NCBI GenBank assembly: GCA_035776695.1
Contig: DASTWJ010000190.1
Location: 9,724 to 73,723, forward strand
Reading direction: 5' to 3'
Length of the DNA: 64,000 nucleotides
DNA from: Bacilli bacterium
GTDB lineage: Bacteria; Bacillota; Bacilli; Tumebacillales; Tumebacillaceae
Positions 1 through 10,535 of the stretch are shown here, in pieces. Numbering within the stretch: the stretch's first letter is position 1; each line of letters opens with the position of its first letter. Under the pieces are notes generated by a model. That model saw nothing but the letters and a program-made list of their open reading frames with translations. It had not been told where the DNA came from and ran no database searches. Position numbers and translations under genes: made by a program.

Positions 1-107
1 AGCACTTGCCAGACAAGGTATGGGACGAGCAGAATTTTTATCAAGATAAACGAGACGATCACGACCTGTGCGCTCAAGGTGTGATACAACAGTGTAAGAC
101 TCCTCAA
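1..107 (-). CDS. Partial (5' end) hydrophobic hypothetical protein running off the window
   Basis: Minus strand GGGGG RBS then TTG at 107; open frame MRSLTLLYHTLSAQVVIVSFILIKILLVPYLVWQV to the window edge. Confidence 0.5.
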   Translation of the reverse strand, partial: MRSLTLLYHTLSAQVVIVSFILIKILLVPYLVWQV

Positions 108-200
108 TGGTCGTTCCCCCTTGCTTGTCAAACCGAACGGTCAAATTCTGTATTAGTGTATGTAGGGGGTTGTCAGGAAAGAAGTACAATCTGTCGAGTT

Positions 201-413
201 CTAGCCCGAGTTGTCTGCGGGCAAGCCGAACAGTTTGCGCTTGAGGTAGCGGTAGAGTTCAAAGGTGGTGACGCCGATCAGGAGCGTGGAGGTGACGGGG
301 TAATGTTCGAGGTACGGAATCTTGCGAACGGTGGAGACGACGACGTAGGAGATCAAGAGCGGCAGAGCGAGACGAGACAGGGTGAGCAGTCGTTCGGTGA
401 GGAGTTGGCGCAT
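201..413 (-). CDS. Small membrane protein (70 aa, 2 predicted TM)
   Basis: AAGGAGG RBS before ATG 413; two hydrophobic stretches. Confidence 0.7.
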   Translation of the reverse strand: MRQLLTERLLTLSRLALPLLISYVVVSTVRKIPYLEHYPVTSTLLIGVTTFELYRYLKRKLFGLPADNSG

Positions 414-468
414 TCGAGGGTGCCTCCTTTTCGGCTTCTACTACTATGTCTATCCAGAAAAGGGCGTG

Positions 469-493
469 AAAAAACCGCTCAGGTGAGCGGTTT
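469..493 (-). terminator. Intrinsic terminator after thyA-folA-serine hydrolase
   Basis: AAACCGCTC-acct-GAGCGGTTT followed by T run on minus strand. Confidence 0.65.
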
Positions 494-598
494 CAGCCGA
501 AGGGACGGACACAAGAAACTGGTCGCATAAGTTGAGTTGAAGCTATCCCCTGTCATAGTGTCATATGTGTCGTTGCTTGCCCGTTGCACATGCCTTTT

Positions 599-1174
599 TT
601 ATCGGGCGGCGTCGTAGAGGATGCGGATCATCTCGCGGCAAGCTTTTTGCGAGACGACTTGCCCGGTGGCGATCTGCGACATCAGGTGCATCATCTCGCG
701 AGCGGTGATTCGGTTGCGGTTCGGGTTGGGCTTGGCGGGGAGGATTTGCAGTTTGTGATGGAACTGGGTCTGCTTCAGGTCGAGGTCGAGCAGCAGGCGT
801 TGGATCGCTTCGATGCCAACGCGGTCGACGAGCAGGTTGGTCGCCGTGTTGTCGCTGTCGATGATCATCAGGGTCAGCAGGTCGTGGATCGTCAGTTCCA
901 AGCCGTGGCTCAGGTGTTGCAACAAGCCGGAGCCGGTAACTTTGTCCTCGTCGTGCATCGCGATCTTGTCTGTGAGCCGCAGGTGTCCGAGGTGCGCCTG
1001 CTCGAAGACGGCCGACATGATCGGAAGCTTGATGATGCTGGCGGCGTACAGCGGTTCGTCGGCGTTGTAAAGGTACTCTTCCCCGCTGTTCAGGTGGCGA
1101 ATCGCGACGCTGAAGTCGGCGACGGCCGCTTCCTGCAGCCGGGACGTGAGAGATGCTTGCAAGTGTTGGAGCAT
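599..1174 (-). pseudogene. Class A beta-lactamase-like serine hydrolase, C-terminally truncated (about 191 aa)
   Basis: AGGAGG RBS, ATG 1174; motifs SIIK (SxxK) and SDN present; ORF stops at ...ILYDAAR before any KTG motif. Confidence 0.6.
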
Positions 1175-1184
1175 GGAAACCCTC

Positions 1185-1673
1185 CTAGTGGATTCGCTCA
1201 TACACGAAAAACGTGTGGGCCTCGCGATTTTTTTCATCCGTCGCCCCTTCTTCCGACGAGACGACCTTCCATTGGCTCTCGTCGATCTCAGGGAAATAGG
1301 CGTCGCCTTCGAAGGAGGCATAGATGCGAGTGATGTAGAGACGATCCGCATAGGGCAGGATCTCGTGAAAAATCTCCGCTCCTCCGATGCAAAAGACTTC
1401 GTCTGACGTATGTTGGTAGGCTTTCAGCTCCTCCAGCGAATGGATGACCTCGCAGCCCTCAACCCTGTAGCCCTGTTGCCGCGTCAAAATGATGTTACGC
1501 CGTCCCGGCAGCGGACGTCCGATCGACTCGAAGGTTTTGCGGCCCATGATCACCGGCTTGCCCATCGTCACTTTTTTAAAATACTGCAAGTCGTTCGGCA
1601 AGTGCCACGGCAGGCGGTTGTCCTGTCCGATCAGGCGGTTCTCGTCCATCGCGACGATCAAAGAGATCGTCAT
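1185..1673 (-). CDS. folA: Dihydrofolate reductase
   Basis: [33 protein letters not shown] motifs; overlaps thyA stop. Confidence 0.97.
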   Translation of the reverse strand: MTISLIVAMDENRLIGQDNRLPWHLPNDLQYFKKVTMGKPVIMGRKTFESIGRPLPGRRNIILTRQQGYRVEGCEVIHSLEELKAYQHTSDEVFCIGGAEIFHEILPYADRLYITRIYASFEGDAYFPEIDESQWKVVSSEEGATDEKNREAHTFFVYERIH

Positions 1674-2464
1674 ATCGCCACGTCCCCTTTGATCGCCGGA
1701 TGCGGGTTGTAGTCGACCAGTTCAAAGTCCTCATAGCGGAAGGCGAAAAGATCCTTGACCTCCGGGTTGATCTTCATCTTCGGCAAAGAACGCGGTTCAC
1801 GGCTCAGTTGCAGCTTGACCTGCTCGATGTGGTTCGAGTAGATATGCGCGTCCCCCAGCGTATGGATGAACTCCCCCGGTTCCAACCCGCACACCTGCGC
1901 GACCATCATCGTGAGCAACGCGTACGACGCGATGTTGAACGGCACGCCGAGGAAGACGTCGCCCGAGCGTTGGTAGAGCTGGCAGGACAGCTTGCCGTCG
2001 ACGACATAGAACTGGAACAGCACATGGCACGGTTGGAGCGCCATCTTGTCCAACTCCCCTGCGTTCCACGCGCTGACCACGAGGCGGCGCGAATCGGGGT
2101 TGCGCTTGATCTCGTCGATGACGTTTCGAATCTGGTTGACGACGGCACCGTCTGCCGTTTCCCAGCGCACCCACTGTTTGCCGTAAACCGGCCCGAGATC
2201 GCCCTGCTCGTCCGCCCACTCGTTCCAGATCGTGACGCCGTTGTCGGTCAGGTAGCGGATGTTGGTGTCGCCTTTGAGAAACCACAGCAGTTCGTGGATG
2301 ATCGATTTGAGGTGGACTTTCTTGGTCGTGACGAGGGGAAAACCCTCTTGAAGGTCAAATCGCATCTGATGTCCGAACACGGAGACCGTCCCCGTGCCGG
2401 TGCGGTCTTCTTTCCGTGTCCCGTTTTCGAGGATGTGCGCACAGAGTTGCAAGTACTGTTTCAT
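1670..2464 (-). CDS. thyA: Thymidylate synthase
   Basis: DRTGTGT, LQPCH catalytic Cys, YQRSGD, GDAHIY motifs. Confidence 0.98.
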   Translation of the reverse strand: MKQYLQLCAHILENGTRKEDRTGTGTVSVFGHQMRFDLQEGFPLVTTKKVHLKSIIHELLWFLKGDTNIRYLTDNGVTIWNEWADEQGDLGPVYGKQWVRWETADGAVVNQIRNVIDEIKRNPDSRRLVVSAWNAGELDKMALQPCHVLFQFYVVDGKLSCQLYQRSGDVFLGVPFNIASYALLTMMVAQVCGLEPGEFIHTLGDAHIYSNHIEQVKLQLSREPRSLPKMKINPEVKDLFAFRYEDFELVDYNPHPAIKGDVAI

Positions 2465-2531
2465 GATGTCCCGTCCCCTTTCTCTTCGTCTCTATCTTAC
2501 AAGTTCGTCAAGACCCTGTACAGGGCTCGCG

Positions 2532-2574
2532 AGAAGAAAGAACACCCCACCGCGACAAGCCGCGATGAGGTGTT
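2532..2574 (-). terminator. Intrinsic terminator of the lipase gene
   Basis: AACACCTCATCGCG-gcttgt-CGCGGTGGGGTGTT then CTTTCTT on minus strand. Confidence 0.6.
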
Positions 2575-2600
2575 GGTGGCACGTCTTTTTTTCCAAAAAA

Positions 2601-5399
2601 TCAGTTCAGCGTCAACTGCTGGCCGTTCAGGGCGTTGCTTCCTTCGTACACGCTGGTCACGCCGTTGACTTGTTTGAAGGTCAGCGGCTGTGTCGCGGTC
2701 GGTTGGACTTTGCCGAAGGTGTAGCGGTTGGTCGGGCCGCTGGCGGTCAGGTCGTATTTGGCGACGATGTATTCGTTGCCGTCGGCCGTTTGGACGGTCA
2801 TGTCATAGTCGTCGTACTTGTTGGTAAACCATTGCAGGTTGTAGGTGCCGTCGTCCAAGCGAGCAAACTTCGGCATCAGTTCGGCGGAGGAGTTCTCTTC
2901 GTCGAGCGAGCCGTCGTCGCGGAACTGAATGACTTGATGAACACCCGTCTTCTTGTTGTCGAGGTCGATGCGCATCCCGTTAAACGATACGTCGCTCGAA
3001 GTCAGCGAGTCGGCCGTCAGCTCCGGCATGATCGAGGCATCGGCGGCGGTGCGGATGCCGTTTTCCACCTTCCCGCTCTCCCCTTTCAGGAAATCGAGCA
3101 GTTGCTTGCGGGTCGCGCTGTCCTTCACCAGCCCCGTGTGGTCGGCGGAGGAGTAGTAAAACGTCGAGCTCGCGTTCCCGGTGTCGGTCGCGCTAAGCAG
3201 CGGCACGGTGCCGTCCCCCTTGGTCATCACGTATTCGAGGTAGTGCCAGGTGAACAGGTCTTTCATCACCCAGTAGTTGTAGGCGGTGACGGTGTTTTTC
3301 GTGTCGCCGACGATGTGGTACTGGCGCACGCCGGGGTACGCGCTGTCCCATTGCGCGTGGCGAGCGTCCGCTTGATCGACCAGCGCTTGGTTGGGGTATT
3401 TGGCGGTCAGTTGGTCGTGTGTGTAGTCGGTTTGGTTGCCCCAGATGTCGATGTAGCGGTACGAGGTGCGGCCGAGTTGCGCTTGCAGGCGGTTGTCATA
3501 CTCCTGCGACGGCGTCAGTTGGTAGACGGCCGGCGCGTTCTCGGAGATCACTTCGCCCGTCGAGTCCATCAGGATCGGGATGCCGAAGTTGTAGCCGCCA
3601 AGCGCGACCGCTTTGCTCGCCATCGCCGCGCCGAGGAACGGGGTGCCGACGGTGATCACTTGGTCGAACTTGCTTTGCATCGCGGTGTTGTTGAGCAGGT
3701 AGTCTTTGAGCACCAGACCGCCCATGCTGTGCGCGACCGCTTGCACTTGATCGGCGCCGGATGCGGACAGGGCTTGGTTGATCGTGGAAGTCAGCCGCGC
3801 GTTGTGGCTGTGGTTGTCAAGGCGCCAGTCGTACGGGAAGCCGAACAGGGTCCGGCCCGGCACGTAGCCCGCCTTCTTCAAGTCGGCGATAAACGACTGG
3901 TAGTACGCCGCCATGCTCAGGTGGTAGCTCGACAGGTAGGAGATGCCTTCCAACCCGTAGTCGTTGGTGTTCGGCGTGATCGTCACATCGGAGTTTTTTG
4001 CGACGACATCCGCACAGCCCGAGCAAGCCGGAGCCAGCGCCAAGTTGTGTTTCAGCGGGGCGTTGATGAGCAGCGCGTCCCAGAGGCTGAACCACGTCAG
4101 GTCATCGTTGGCCATCAACTGGGTGCCGCCGATGCCCGGGAACAGGATGACGGGGATCGTTTTCGTACTCAGTTGCAAACGATAGTCGCTGTCCGACGAG
4201 CCGTTGTAGGAATAGACTTTGACCAAATAATAACCGGGATCGAGCGTGTAGTCGATCGCTTCGTCGGTGTTGGACGCATGCAACGAGTAGTCGAGCGTCG
4301 TTTCCTCCTGATCGTACAACCGCACATCATAGTCGGTGTCGGTCGGAATGTTCGTCAGGTCGAGATGGAAGTTGGAGCGCAACGGCACATAGATCCGGTA
4401 GTAGTCCGCATCCGTGGTCGCGTTCAGGTTGGCATAGATCGACGTGTTGTTGGAAATCGAAGTCGCATCGGCAAACGCGTCGTTGTGCTCATACTCGTCC
4501 GCCGTCGTCGACGTGCTCGTCGAAGCGGTCACCCGCAAGTCGTAGGACTGGTTGGCGTCATAGCTGTTGTTGTAGCCGATGACTTTGACATAGTAGGTCT
4601 GGTTGGCGGTGACCGGCAGTGCGCTGATCATCTCGTCATAGTTGCTGCCGCGGATCGAGTAGTCGAGCCGGGTGAGGTTCTGGTCGTACACGTAGAGGTC
4701 GTAGTCGTTGCCGGCCGGAATTGCGCCCAGCCAGAGGTGAGCGGTGCCGTCTTGGTACGATTGCACTTTGTACCAGTCAATGTCGCCCACTTGGTTGATC
4801 TTGCCATAGGTGTCATCGCCGAGCGTGAGGGAGTTCGCGGTGCCTGAGGTGTCGTTGCTTTCGGCTTCGGTGTGGGTGAAGATCGTGAGGGATTGTGTTT
4901 GGGTGGGGTCTAGGATGGTGTTGGTTTGTACGTCGCCCAGTTGCAGGTGAACGTCTGTGGTCTGTCCGGCGGCGTCCTGCTTGGTTTGGAGCACCAGTTC
5001 GCCGGTGTAGGTGAGGGTGACGTTGCTCTTGTTGCCGTGGCCGTCGGTGCTGCGGATGTGGTAGAGGTAGGTCTGACCGGCTTCGAGCCCTTTGATGCGG
5101 AGCGCGTCTTTGCGGCCTTGCAGCTTGCCGGTGTAGAGCGGCTTCTTGCTGCCTTCTGCACTGACCGATACGTCAAAAAGTTGCTGATCCGTGGCGGTCG
5201 GGGCGGTGAACACGGCGTGAAGCTTGCCGTCTTGCCCGACTTCCCCGCTCCAAGCGAACGGCAGGCCGTCTTGCGGCGTTGCGAAGCTGACATCCGAAGA
5301 CGTTGCGCCCGCGTTGCTCGCAGCGGTGGCCGATGCTACACCCGGCGCGAAGGCCAAGGCGCAGGTCATCAAGCCCGCGAGTAGTGACTTGTGTTTCAT
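2601..5399 (-). CDS. Secreted LCAT/LPLA2-like alpha/beta-hydrolase (lipase/acyltransferase) with FN3-like and two PPC-like domains
   Basis: Sec signal peptide (..GVASA); two E.E.ND..A / DxDxY / DYDLxVYD repeats; PVILFPGIGGT, FGFPYDWR, AHSMGG nucleophile elbow, GTPFLGA, GDGTVP. Confidence 0.85.
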   Translation of the reverse strand: MKHKSLLAGLMTCALAFAPGVASATAASNAGATSSDVSFATPQDGLPFAWSGEVGQDGKLHAVFTAPTATDQQLFDVSVSAEGSKKPLYTGKLQGRKDALRIKGLEAGQTYLYHIRSTDGHGNKSNVTLTYTGELVLQTKQDAAGQTTDVHLQLGDVQTNTILDPTQTQSLTIFTHTEAESNDTSGTANSLTLGDDTYGKINQVGDIDWYKVQSYQDGTAHLWLGAIPAGNDYDLYVYDQNLTRLDYSIRGSNYDEMISALPVTANQTYYVKVIGYNNSYDANQSYDLRVTASTSTSTTADEYEHNDAFADATSISNNTSIYANLNATTDADYYRIYVPLRSNFHLDLTNIPTDTDYDVRLYDQEETTLDYSLHASNTDEAIDYTLDPGYYLVKVYSYNGSSDSDYRLQLSTKTIPVILFPGIGGTQLMANDDLTWFSLWDALLINAPLKHNLALAPACSGCADVVAKNSDVTITPNTNDYGLEGISYLSSYHLSMAAYYQSFIADLKKAGYVPGRTLFGFPYDWRLDNHSHNARLTSTINQALSASGADQVQAVAHSMGGLVLKDYLLNNTAMQSKFDQVITVGTPFLGAAMASKAVALGGYNFGIPILMDSTGEVISENAPAVYQLTPSQEYDNRLQAQLGRTSYRYIDIWGNQTDYTHDQLTAKYPNQALVDQADARHAQWDSAYPGVRQYHIVGDTKNTVTAYNYWVMKDLFTWHYLEYVMTKGDGTVPLLSATDTGNASSTFYYSSADHTGLVKDSATRKQLLDFLKGESGKVENGIRTAADASIMPELTADSLTSSDVSFNGMRIDLDNKKTGVHQVIQFRDDGSLDEENSSAELMPKFARLDDGTYNLQWFTNKYDDYDMTVQTADGNEYIVAKYDLTASGPTNRYTFGKVQPTATQPLTFKQVNGVTSVYEGSNALNGQQLTLN

Positions 5400-5510
5400 G
5401 TGGGTAAAATCCTCCTTTTTATAAAACGATTGTATGGTTACACATTTATGATAATATTCGGAAAGTAAGAGATCAACCCTGTAAAACTAAATTTATGTAA
5501 GGCTTGGGCG

Positions 5511-5546
5511 AAAAAAAGACCTGCCGATAGCTAAAACGGCAGGTCT
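5511..5546 (-). terminator. Intrinsic terminator of the lipoprotein gene
   Basis: 10-bp stem AGACCTGCCG/CGGCAGGTCT plus T7 on minus strand. Confidence 0.75.
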
Positions 5547-5584
5547 GACCTTATTCTTGTCAGGAAGAGAGAGGCTGCTCGGAT

Positions 5585-6747
5585 TTACAGGTTGCCCGGT
5601 ACGCGTTTGACGTGGATCGTCCAGTGGAGTTGCATGTCCTCCCCATACGCGACCCAGTGCTCGGACACCCCTCCGACGAGGTCGACTTTTTCACCGCTTA
5701 TCCGTTGCTCGCGGTTGTGGTTCAGATCGTACACGAAGACGTCCGAATTAGGCTTCTTCCCGTTGGTGAACACATCCGATTCGGAACCGCCGCGACGCTC
5801 ATCGGTCCAAGCGACCACAGACCCGCCGACTTGCGGTGTCATTTGCCGGATCTTGTCGTGCGTGACGGGGACGACGACGTGCGTGTCCAAGTTATAGGCG
5901 GTGATGTCCGCTCCGTAGAGGTCCGGGTCGTTGTTGTAATCCTCCCAGACGACCCACGGGTAGGAGAGATCGGGCGCACCGTCCTTGTAGGCTCCCGTCG
6001 CGATGGGGAATTCCTTCTCCGTGGCGATGTCATATCCGTAGATATCCGTGTTGTTCTTCGGCACATTGCCACCTCCTCGCAAGATCGGGTCGTCGACATG
6101 TCGACCGTCTTCCCACACGACGACGCCGTTGTCGATCACCGGATCGGAGTGCTGGCCGGGGGCTGTGGAGATCAGCTTTTCCTTTCCCGTGTCGATGTCA
6201 TAGAGGTAGATCTTCCACCGTTGTTGTGGCCACTCTTCCTTTTTCGTCGCCCGGTCGTCCATCCAGACGAGATAGTGGCTCCAAATTTTCGGCGCGATCT
6301 GGTCGTAGTCATCGTTGGTGATGCGCTTCACCTCGCCTTGGGCCAGGTCGTAGAGGTAGATGTCCCCTTTGATGTTGTTCGGGTCGGACATCGGGTCTTG
6401 CGGATCGGTCGAAGTCGGGATGTCTTCCGCCGACCAGACGACGTATTGATGGTTGAAATCATATTGGTAGTACGAGTGCGGCGTCAACGGTACTTCTTTC
6501 ACCGTCTCGTTCTTGTTCAAGTCGAGGAGTCGCAACCGTTCGGGCTGCTCTTGAATCGCCAGCCAGTCGTCTTTGAGGAGCGTGTGTGTGTGTCCTCGAA
6601 GGTGTACTCTGTCGGGATGGTTACGCCGATCACGTCTGGGTCGAGCTGTGGACTGTCCGTTTGCTTGTCCGATGCATCACTCGCTGTGCAGCCGCTGAGA
6701 ACGATTGCACCAACTAAGACCAGCACCGAAAGAATCTGTTTGAACAA
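5585..6747 (-). pseudogene. Beta-propeller repeat lipoprotein split by a frameshift in an (AC)6 tract
   Basis: Lipobox LSG-C in ORF 6747-6517; repeats such as VVWED.R..DIY.YD in ORF 6535-5585; removing one AC fuses both into 386 aa. Confidence 0.8.
6582..6593. repeat. (GT)6/(AC)6 dinucleotide simple sequence repeat at the frameshift
   Basis: gtgtgtgtgtgt read directly at 6582-6593. Confidence 0.95.
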
Positions 6748-6835
6748 AGAAGAAGCCCCCTATTCCCTCGATCTAAAAAACAGTCGTACCTACTAGACGC
6801 GAACACCCCATCCAAACGTTACACTTTTTTTACAC

Positions 6836-6869
6836 AAAAAAAAGCCCTGCCTAATCCGAGTCAGGCAGG
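6836..6869 (-). terminator. Terminator after aroA
   Basis: CCTGCCT/AGGCAGG stem with T tract on minus strand. Confidence 0.55.
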
Positions 6870-6949
6870 TCCAAGGAGTATGAATAGGAGTGGAGAGAAA
6901 CCAGAACTAAAGCTTACAACTACATAGTAGTCGATCAGCTTGTCCTTTG

Positions 6950-8245
6950 TCAACACATTATTCTGATATTTTGCAAAAGTTCGCCAAATGTCGGAAAAGA
7001 AACATCGACCGTCTCCCAGTCATGAATCGTCGTCGGTGCGTCGGCAACCAGAGCGGCGACGGCCATCGCCATTGCGATGCGGTGGTCATGGTAGGTGTCG
7101 ATTGCCGCCCCGCCGCGCAGAGCCGTTTTCCCCACGATTCGCAGTCCGTCCTCCAACTCTTCGACCTCGGCCCCGAATTTGCGCAGTTCGCGGGCGGTGG
7201 TGGCGATGCGGTCGGACTCTTTGACCTTCAGCTCCTGTGCGTCGCGAATCTCCGTCACGCCGAGCGCTTGGGTCGCGGCGACGGCGAGCACGGGAATCTC
7301 GTCGATCAGGCGCGGGATGGTGGCGCCGCGTACAGTCGTGCCTTGCAGTTCGCTGCCTCGGACGCGAATGTCGGCGATCGGTTCGCCGCCGGACTCGCGC
7401 TCGTTGAGCAACTCGATGTTCGCCCCCATGTCGTGCAGCGCGTCGAGAATGCCGGTGCGCGTCGGGTTCACGCCTACTCCCCGCAACAGCAGGTCAGAGC
7501 CCGGCACGATCGCCGCCGCCACGAGCAAGAACGCCGCCGAAGAGATGTCCCCCGGTACTTCGATCTCCGTCGCCGTCAGTTGCGAACCGCCGTCTACCGT
7601 TATGTAGCCCTCTTCCTCGCGCACTTCCACGCCGAATGCCCGCAGTATCCGCTCCGTGTGATCGCGGGACAACTCCGGCTCGCGCACGCCCGTCTTCCCT
7701 TCCGCAAAAAGACCTGCCAGCAACAACGCCGACTTGACCTGCGCACTCGCCACCGGAGAGTCATAGCGCATTCCTTGCAAACGCCCGCCGCGCACGGAAA
7801 GCGGAGCGAAGCGACCTTCCTCCCGCCCGTCGATCTGCGCCCCCATCGAACGCAACGGCACGGCCACGCGCCCCATCGGACGGCGGCGAATCGAGGCATC
7901 CCCCGTCACCGTGGAGTGAAATGACTGCCCCGCCAAGATGCCCAGCATCAAACGCGTCGTGGTGCCCGAGTTGCCGACGTCCAGCACGTCGGACGGTTCT
8001 TGCAGACCCTGTAGCCCCACGCCGTGTACCTTTAGTTCCGCGTCGGAGAGCTGCTCGATTTCCACGCCCATTTTTCGAAAACAATCCACCGTGCTCAAGC
8101 AGTCAGCCCCGGGCAGAAACCCTTTAACATGCGTCACGCCGTTCGCCAACGCTCCGAACATGACCGCACGGTGGGAAATCGATTTATCACCGGGAACCGT
8201 GACTTCCCCCTGCAACTGCGAAGCCGGTTCAATTTTCATATCCAT
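6950..8245 (-). CDS. aroA: 3-phosphoshikimate 1-carboxyvinyltransferase (EPSP synthase)
   Basis: [38 protein letters not shown]; AGGAGG RBS before ATG 8245. Confidence 0.97.
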   Translation of the reverse strand: MDMKIEPASQLQGEVTVPGDKSISHRAVMFGALANGVTHVKGFLPGADCLSTVDCFRKMGVEIEQLSDAELKVHGVGLQGLQEPSDVLDVGNSGTTTRLMLGILAGQSFHSTVTGDASIRRRPMGRVAVPLRSMGAQIDGREEGRFAPLSVRGGRLQGMRYDSPVASAQVKSALLLAGLFAEGKTGVREPELSRDHTERILRAFGVEVREEEGYITVDGGSQLTATEIEVPGDISSAAFLLVAAAIVPGSDLLLRGVGVNPTRTGILDALHDMGANIELLNERESGGEPIADIRVRGSELQGTTVRGATIPRLIDEIPVLAVAATQALGVTEIRDAQELKVKESDRIATTARELRKFGAEVEELEDGLRIVGKTALRGGAAIDTYHDHRIAMAMAVAALVADAPTTIHDWETVDVSFPTFGELLQNIRIMC

Positions 8246-8366
8246 TGCCCAAAACCTCCTTGTCCACTCTCCATTATGCCACACCACTCCTGCATTTGGA
8301 AAAAGAAGCGCTGCTCTCCTTGAAAGCACCGCTTCTTCCCCACTCCGCCTTCTGCCTTTCGCACGC

Positions 8367-9491
8367 TTACCCGCGCAAATGCACTTTGAACCCGTTGATC
8401 AACAACACCTGCGCCCCCGCATCCAACGCCTCGCGGTTGGGAAACGACAGCAGGAGCTGCCCGATGTCGTCCTCGCGACTTTCCAACAGACCGATGCTGT
8501 GCAGGTTGATGCCGTGCATCCCCATCAGCGTGCCGATCTGCCCGACCACGCCCGGTTCGTCGACCACGTCGATAGTCAGCTCATTGGCCGACCGCACCGC
8601 GCCGCGCATGCGATTGGGCAACGCATCGCGAAACGACGCCGCCGTTTGGAAAAAGTCCTGCATCCCTTCCCCGTTCTCCTGTTCCATCATCGCCAACAGG
8701 TTCCCGACCCCCGCCTGCCACTGCTGCAACAGCTCGCGAATCGGTTCGCCGTTGGTGAGTAGGATGTCCCGCCACATCACCGGATTGCCCGAGGCGATGC
8801 GCGTCAGGTCGCGGAAGCCGCCGGCCGCCAGCTTGGTGTACAAGCCGCCGTGCATGCTCTCGCGGGTAAGGGTCGCCACCTGATCGACCAGTGCCGCCGC
8901 GACGATATGCGGCACATGCGAGATGGCGGCGACGACTTTGTCATGGAGATCGGGTTGAAGCACCAGCACCTGCGCTTGGATCTGCAACAGGGTCGACGCC
9001 CATTTTTGAAAGGCGAGTTGGTCGGTGTCGGGGTAAGGGGTGAGCACCCAGAGGGCGTTTTGAAACAGACGCTCACTCGCCGCCCGCACGCCCGATTTTT
9101 CCGAACCGGCCATCGGGTGACCGCCGATGAAGTGAACGGAGGCGGGCAACACGCGCCGCGCCTCCGTGCAGATGACTTTTTTCGTGCTGCCGACGTCGGT
9201 GAGGATGCAACCTTGTGACAGCGGCAAGGTCGCGACCTCTTGTAACAGGCGGCATGTCTCGCCGACCGGGGTGGCGAAAACGATCAGGTCGGCACCCGGC
9301 ACCGCTTCGGCCAACGTCTCGTAGGCCAGATCGACCACGCCGCGCTCCACCGCCTCGTCACGGCAGGTCGGGTCAGGGTCGACGGCGATCAGTTGACGAA
9401 CGCAGCGATGCGCCCGCAACGCCCGCGCGAGGGAGCCGCCGATCAAGCCGCACCCGACGATCACCGCTTTGGAAAATGTGGGGCTGTGCAT
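8367..9491 (-). CDS. tyrA: Prephenate dehydrogenase with C-terminal ACT domain
   Basis: GCGLIGGS Rossmann motif, [26 protein letters not shown]. Confidence 0.95.
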   Translation of the reverse strand: MHSPTFSKAVIVGCGLIGGSLARALRAHRCVRQLIAVDPDPTCRDEAVERGVVDLAYETLAEAVPGADLIVFATPVGETCRLLQEVATLPLSQGCILTDVGSTKKVICTEARRVLPASVHFIGGHPMAGSEKSGVRAASERLFQNALWVLTPYPDTDQLAFQKWASTLLQIQAQVLVLQPDLHDKVVAAISHVPHIVAAALVDQVATLTRESMHGGLYTKLAAGGFRDLTRIASGNPVMWRDILLTNGEPIRELLQQWQAGVGNLLAMMEQENGEGMQDFFQTAASFRDALPNRMRGAVRSANELTIDVVDEPGVVGQIGTLMGMHGINLHSIGLLESREDDIGQLLLSFPNREALDAGAQVLLINGFKVHLRG

Positions 9492-9697
9492 CGGACTCCC
9501 TCCTTTCGTTTTGGAAAAAGGTTCGCTGGGACGGGCTAACCCTCTTTTGAGGATAGGTCGCAGGAATGCACACCGTCGCTTATGAAAAGAGCCGCTAGAA
9601 GGAACCTAGTTCACTGTTTTGAAAACGTCGTTGTGACAGGCGGGGTTTCCTTTTGCTGCACCTTGTTTTGTAATAGGAACGACGTTTTGAACCACTC

Positions 9698-10534
9698 TTA
9701 TACCTGCGCCCTGTTGCTCCGCAACGGCGCTTTCAAGGCAGCCGCGAACTTGATCAGCTCTTTCTTTTTCGTCTGAGCCAATGCTTGATCGCCCGCTTCC
9801 AATGCCTTTGCGATCTCGCCAACGCGCTTGACAATCGCAGACCCGACGATCACGCCGTCTGCGTACTGGCCGATCGTCTCCGCATGTTCCGGCTTACCTA
9901 CGCCGAAGCCGACTGCAACGGGCAAGTCGGTGCAAGCGCGCACGCGCTCGATGACCTGCGGCAGGTCGTCATTTAACGTCTCCCGCACACCGGTCACGCC
10001 CAGCGCGGCGACGCAGTAGATGAAGCCTTGGCCTTGCTCACAGATCTTTTTGATCCGATCTTGCGAAGTCGGTGCGACCAACGGGATCAGATCGACGCCC
10101 GTCGCCTTCGCAGCGGCCAGCGCCTCTTCGCTCTCTTCAAGCGGCAAGTCCGGGATGATCACCCCGTTCGCCCCCACTGCCTGCGCCTTGGCGAAGAACG
10201 TTTCGATCCCCACTTGGAACACGGGGTTCGCATAGGTGAACAGCACCAAGGACGCTTGCACCTGCGGACGCACCCGCTCCACCAGCGCAAACACATCGGG
10301 CAGACGCGTTCCCGCCGCCAACGACCGCAACGCCGCCTCCTGAATCGTCGGCCCGTCCGCCAACGGGTCGCTGTACGGGATGCCGATCTCGATCACATCG
10401 GCCCCTGCGCGGTCCAACTCGACAATCAACTGCTCCGTGATCTCCAACGACGGGTCGCCTGCGGTGATAAAGGGGATGAACGCCTTCTCCCCCGCTGCCT
10501 GCAATCTGGCAAATGTCTCTGCAATCCGGCTCAT
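9698..10534 (-). CDS. trpA: Tryptophan synthase alpha chain
   Basis: PFITAGDP, EIGIPYSDPLADGPTIQ, VGFGV; ATG 10534 directly follows the trpB stop. Confidence 0.97.
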   Translation of the reverse strand: MSRIAETFARLQAAGEKAFIPFITAGDPSLEITEQLIVELDRAGADVIEIGIPYSDPLADGPTIQEAALRSLAAGTRLPDVFALVERVRPQVQASLVLFTYANPVFQVGIETFFAKAQAVGANGVIIPDLPLEESEEALAAAKATGVDLIPLVAPTSQDRIKKICEQGQGFIYCVAALGVTGVRETLNDDLPQVIERVRACTDLPVAVGFGVGKPEHAETIGQYADGVIVGSAIVKRVGEIAKALEAGDQALAQTKKKELIKFAAALKAPLRSNRAQV

Positions 10535-10535
10535 C

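Noticed and set aside
494-598. 11-aa ORF MRPVSCVRPFG ending at the terminator, with a sigma-K-like element
   Set aside because: RBS spacing too long (about 16 nt) and the promoter match is imperfect; not supportable
2394-4847. 817-aa plus-strand ORF, and similar long ORFs (12514-14328, 27164-28714, 33471-35234, 44139-45893, 51127-52905, 55297-56826)
   Set aside because: Antisense shadows of genuine genes in high-GC DNA; no RBS or motifs, and V/R/G-rich composition
5440-5470. CodY box upstream of the lipase gene
   Set aside because: 4 mismatches to AATTTTCWGAAAATT in AT-rich DNA; not significant
9492-9697. T-box riboswitch upstream of tyrA
   Set aside because: No T-box consensus (AAnnnGGGTGGnACC) or specifier stem; region too short
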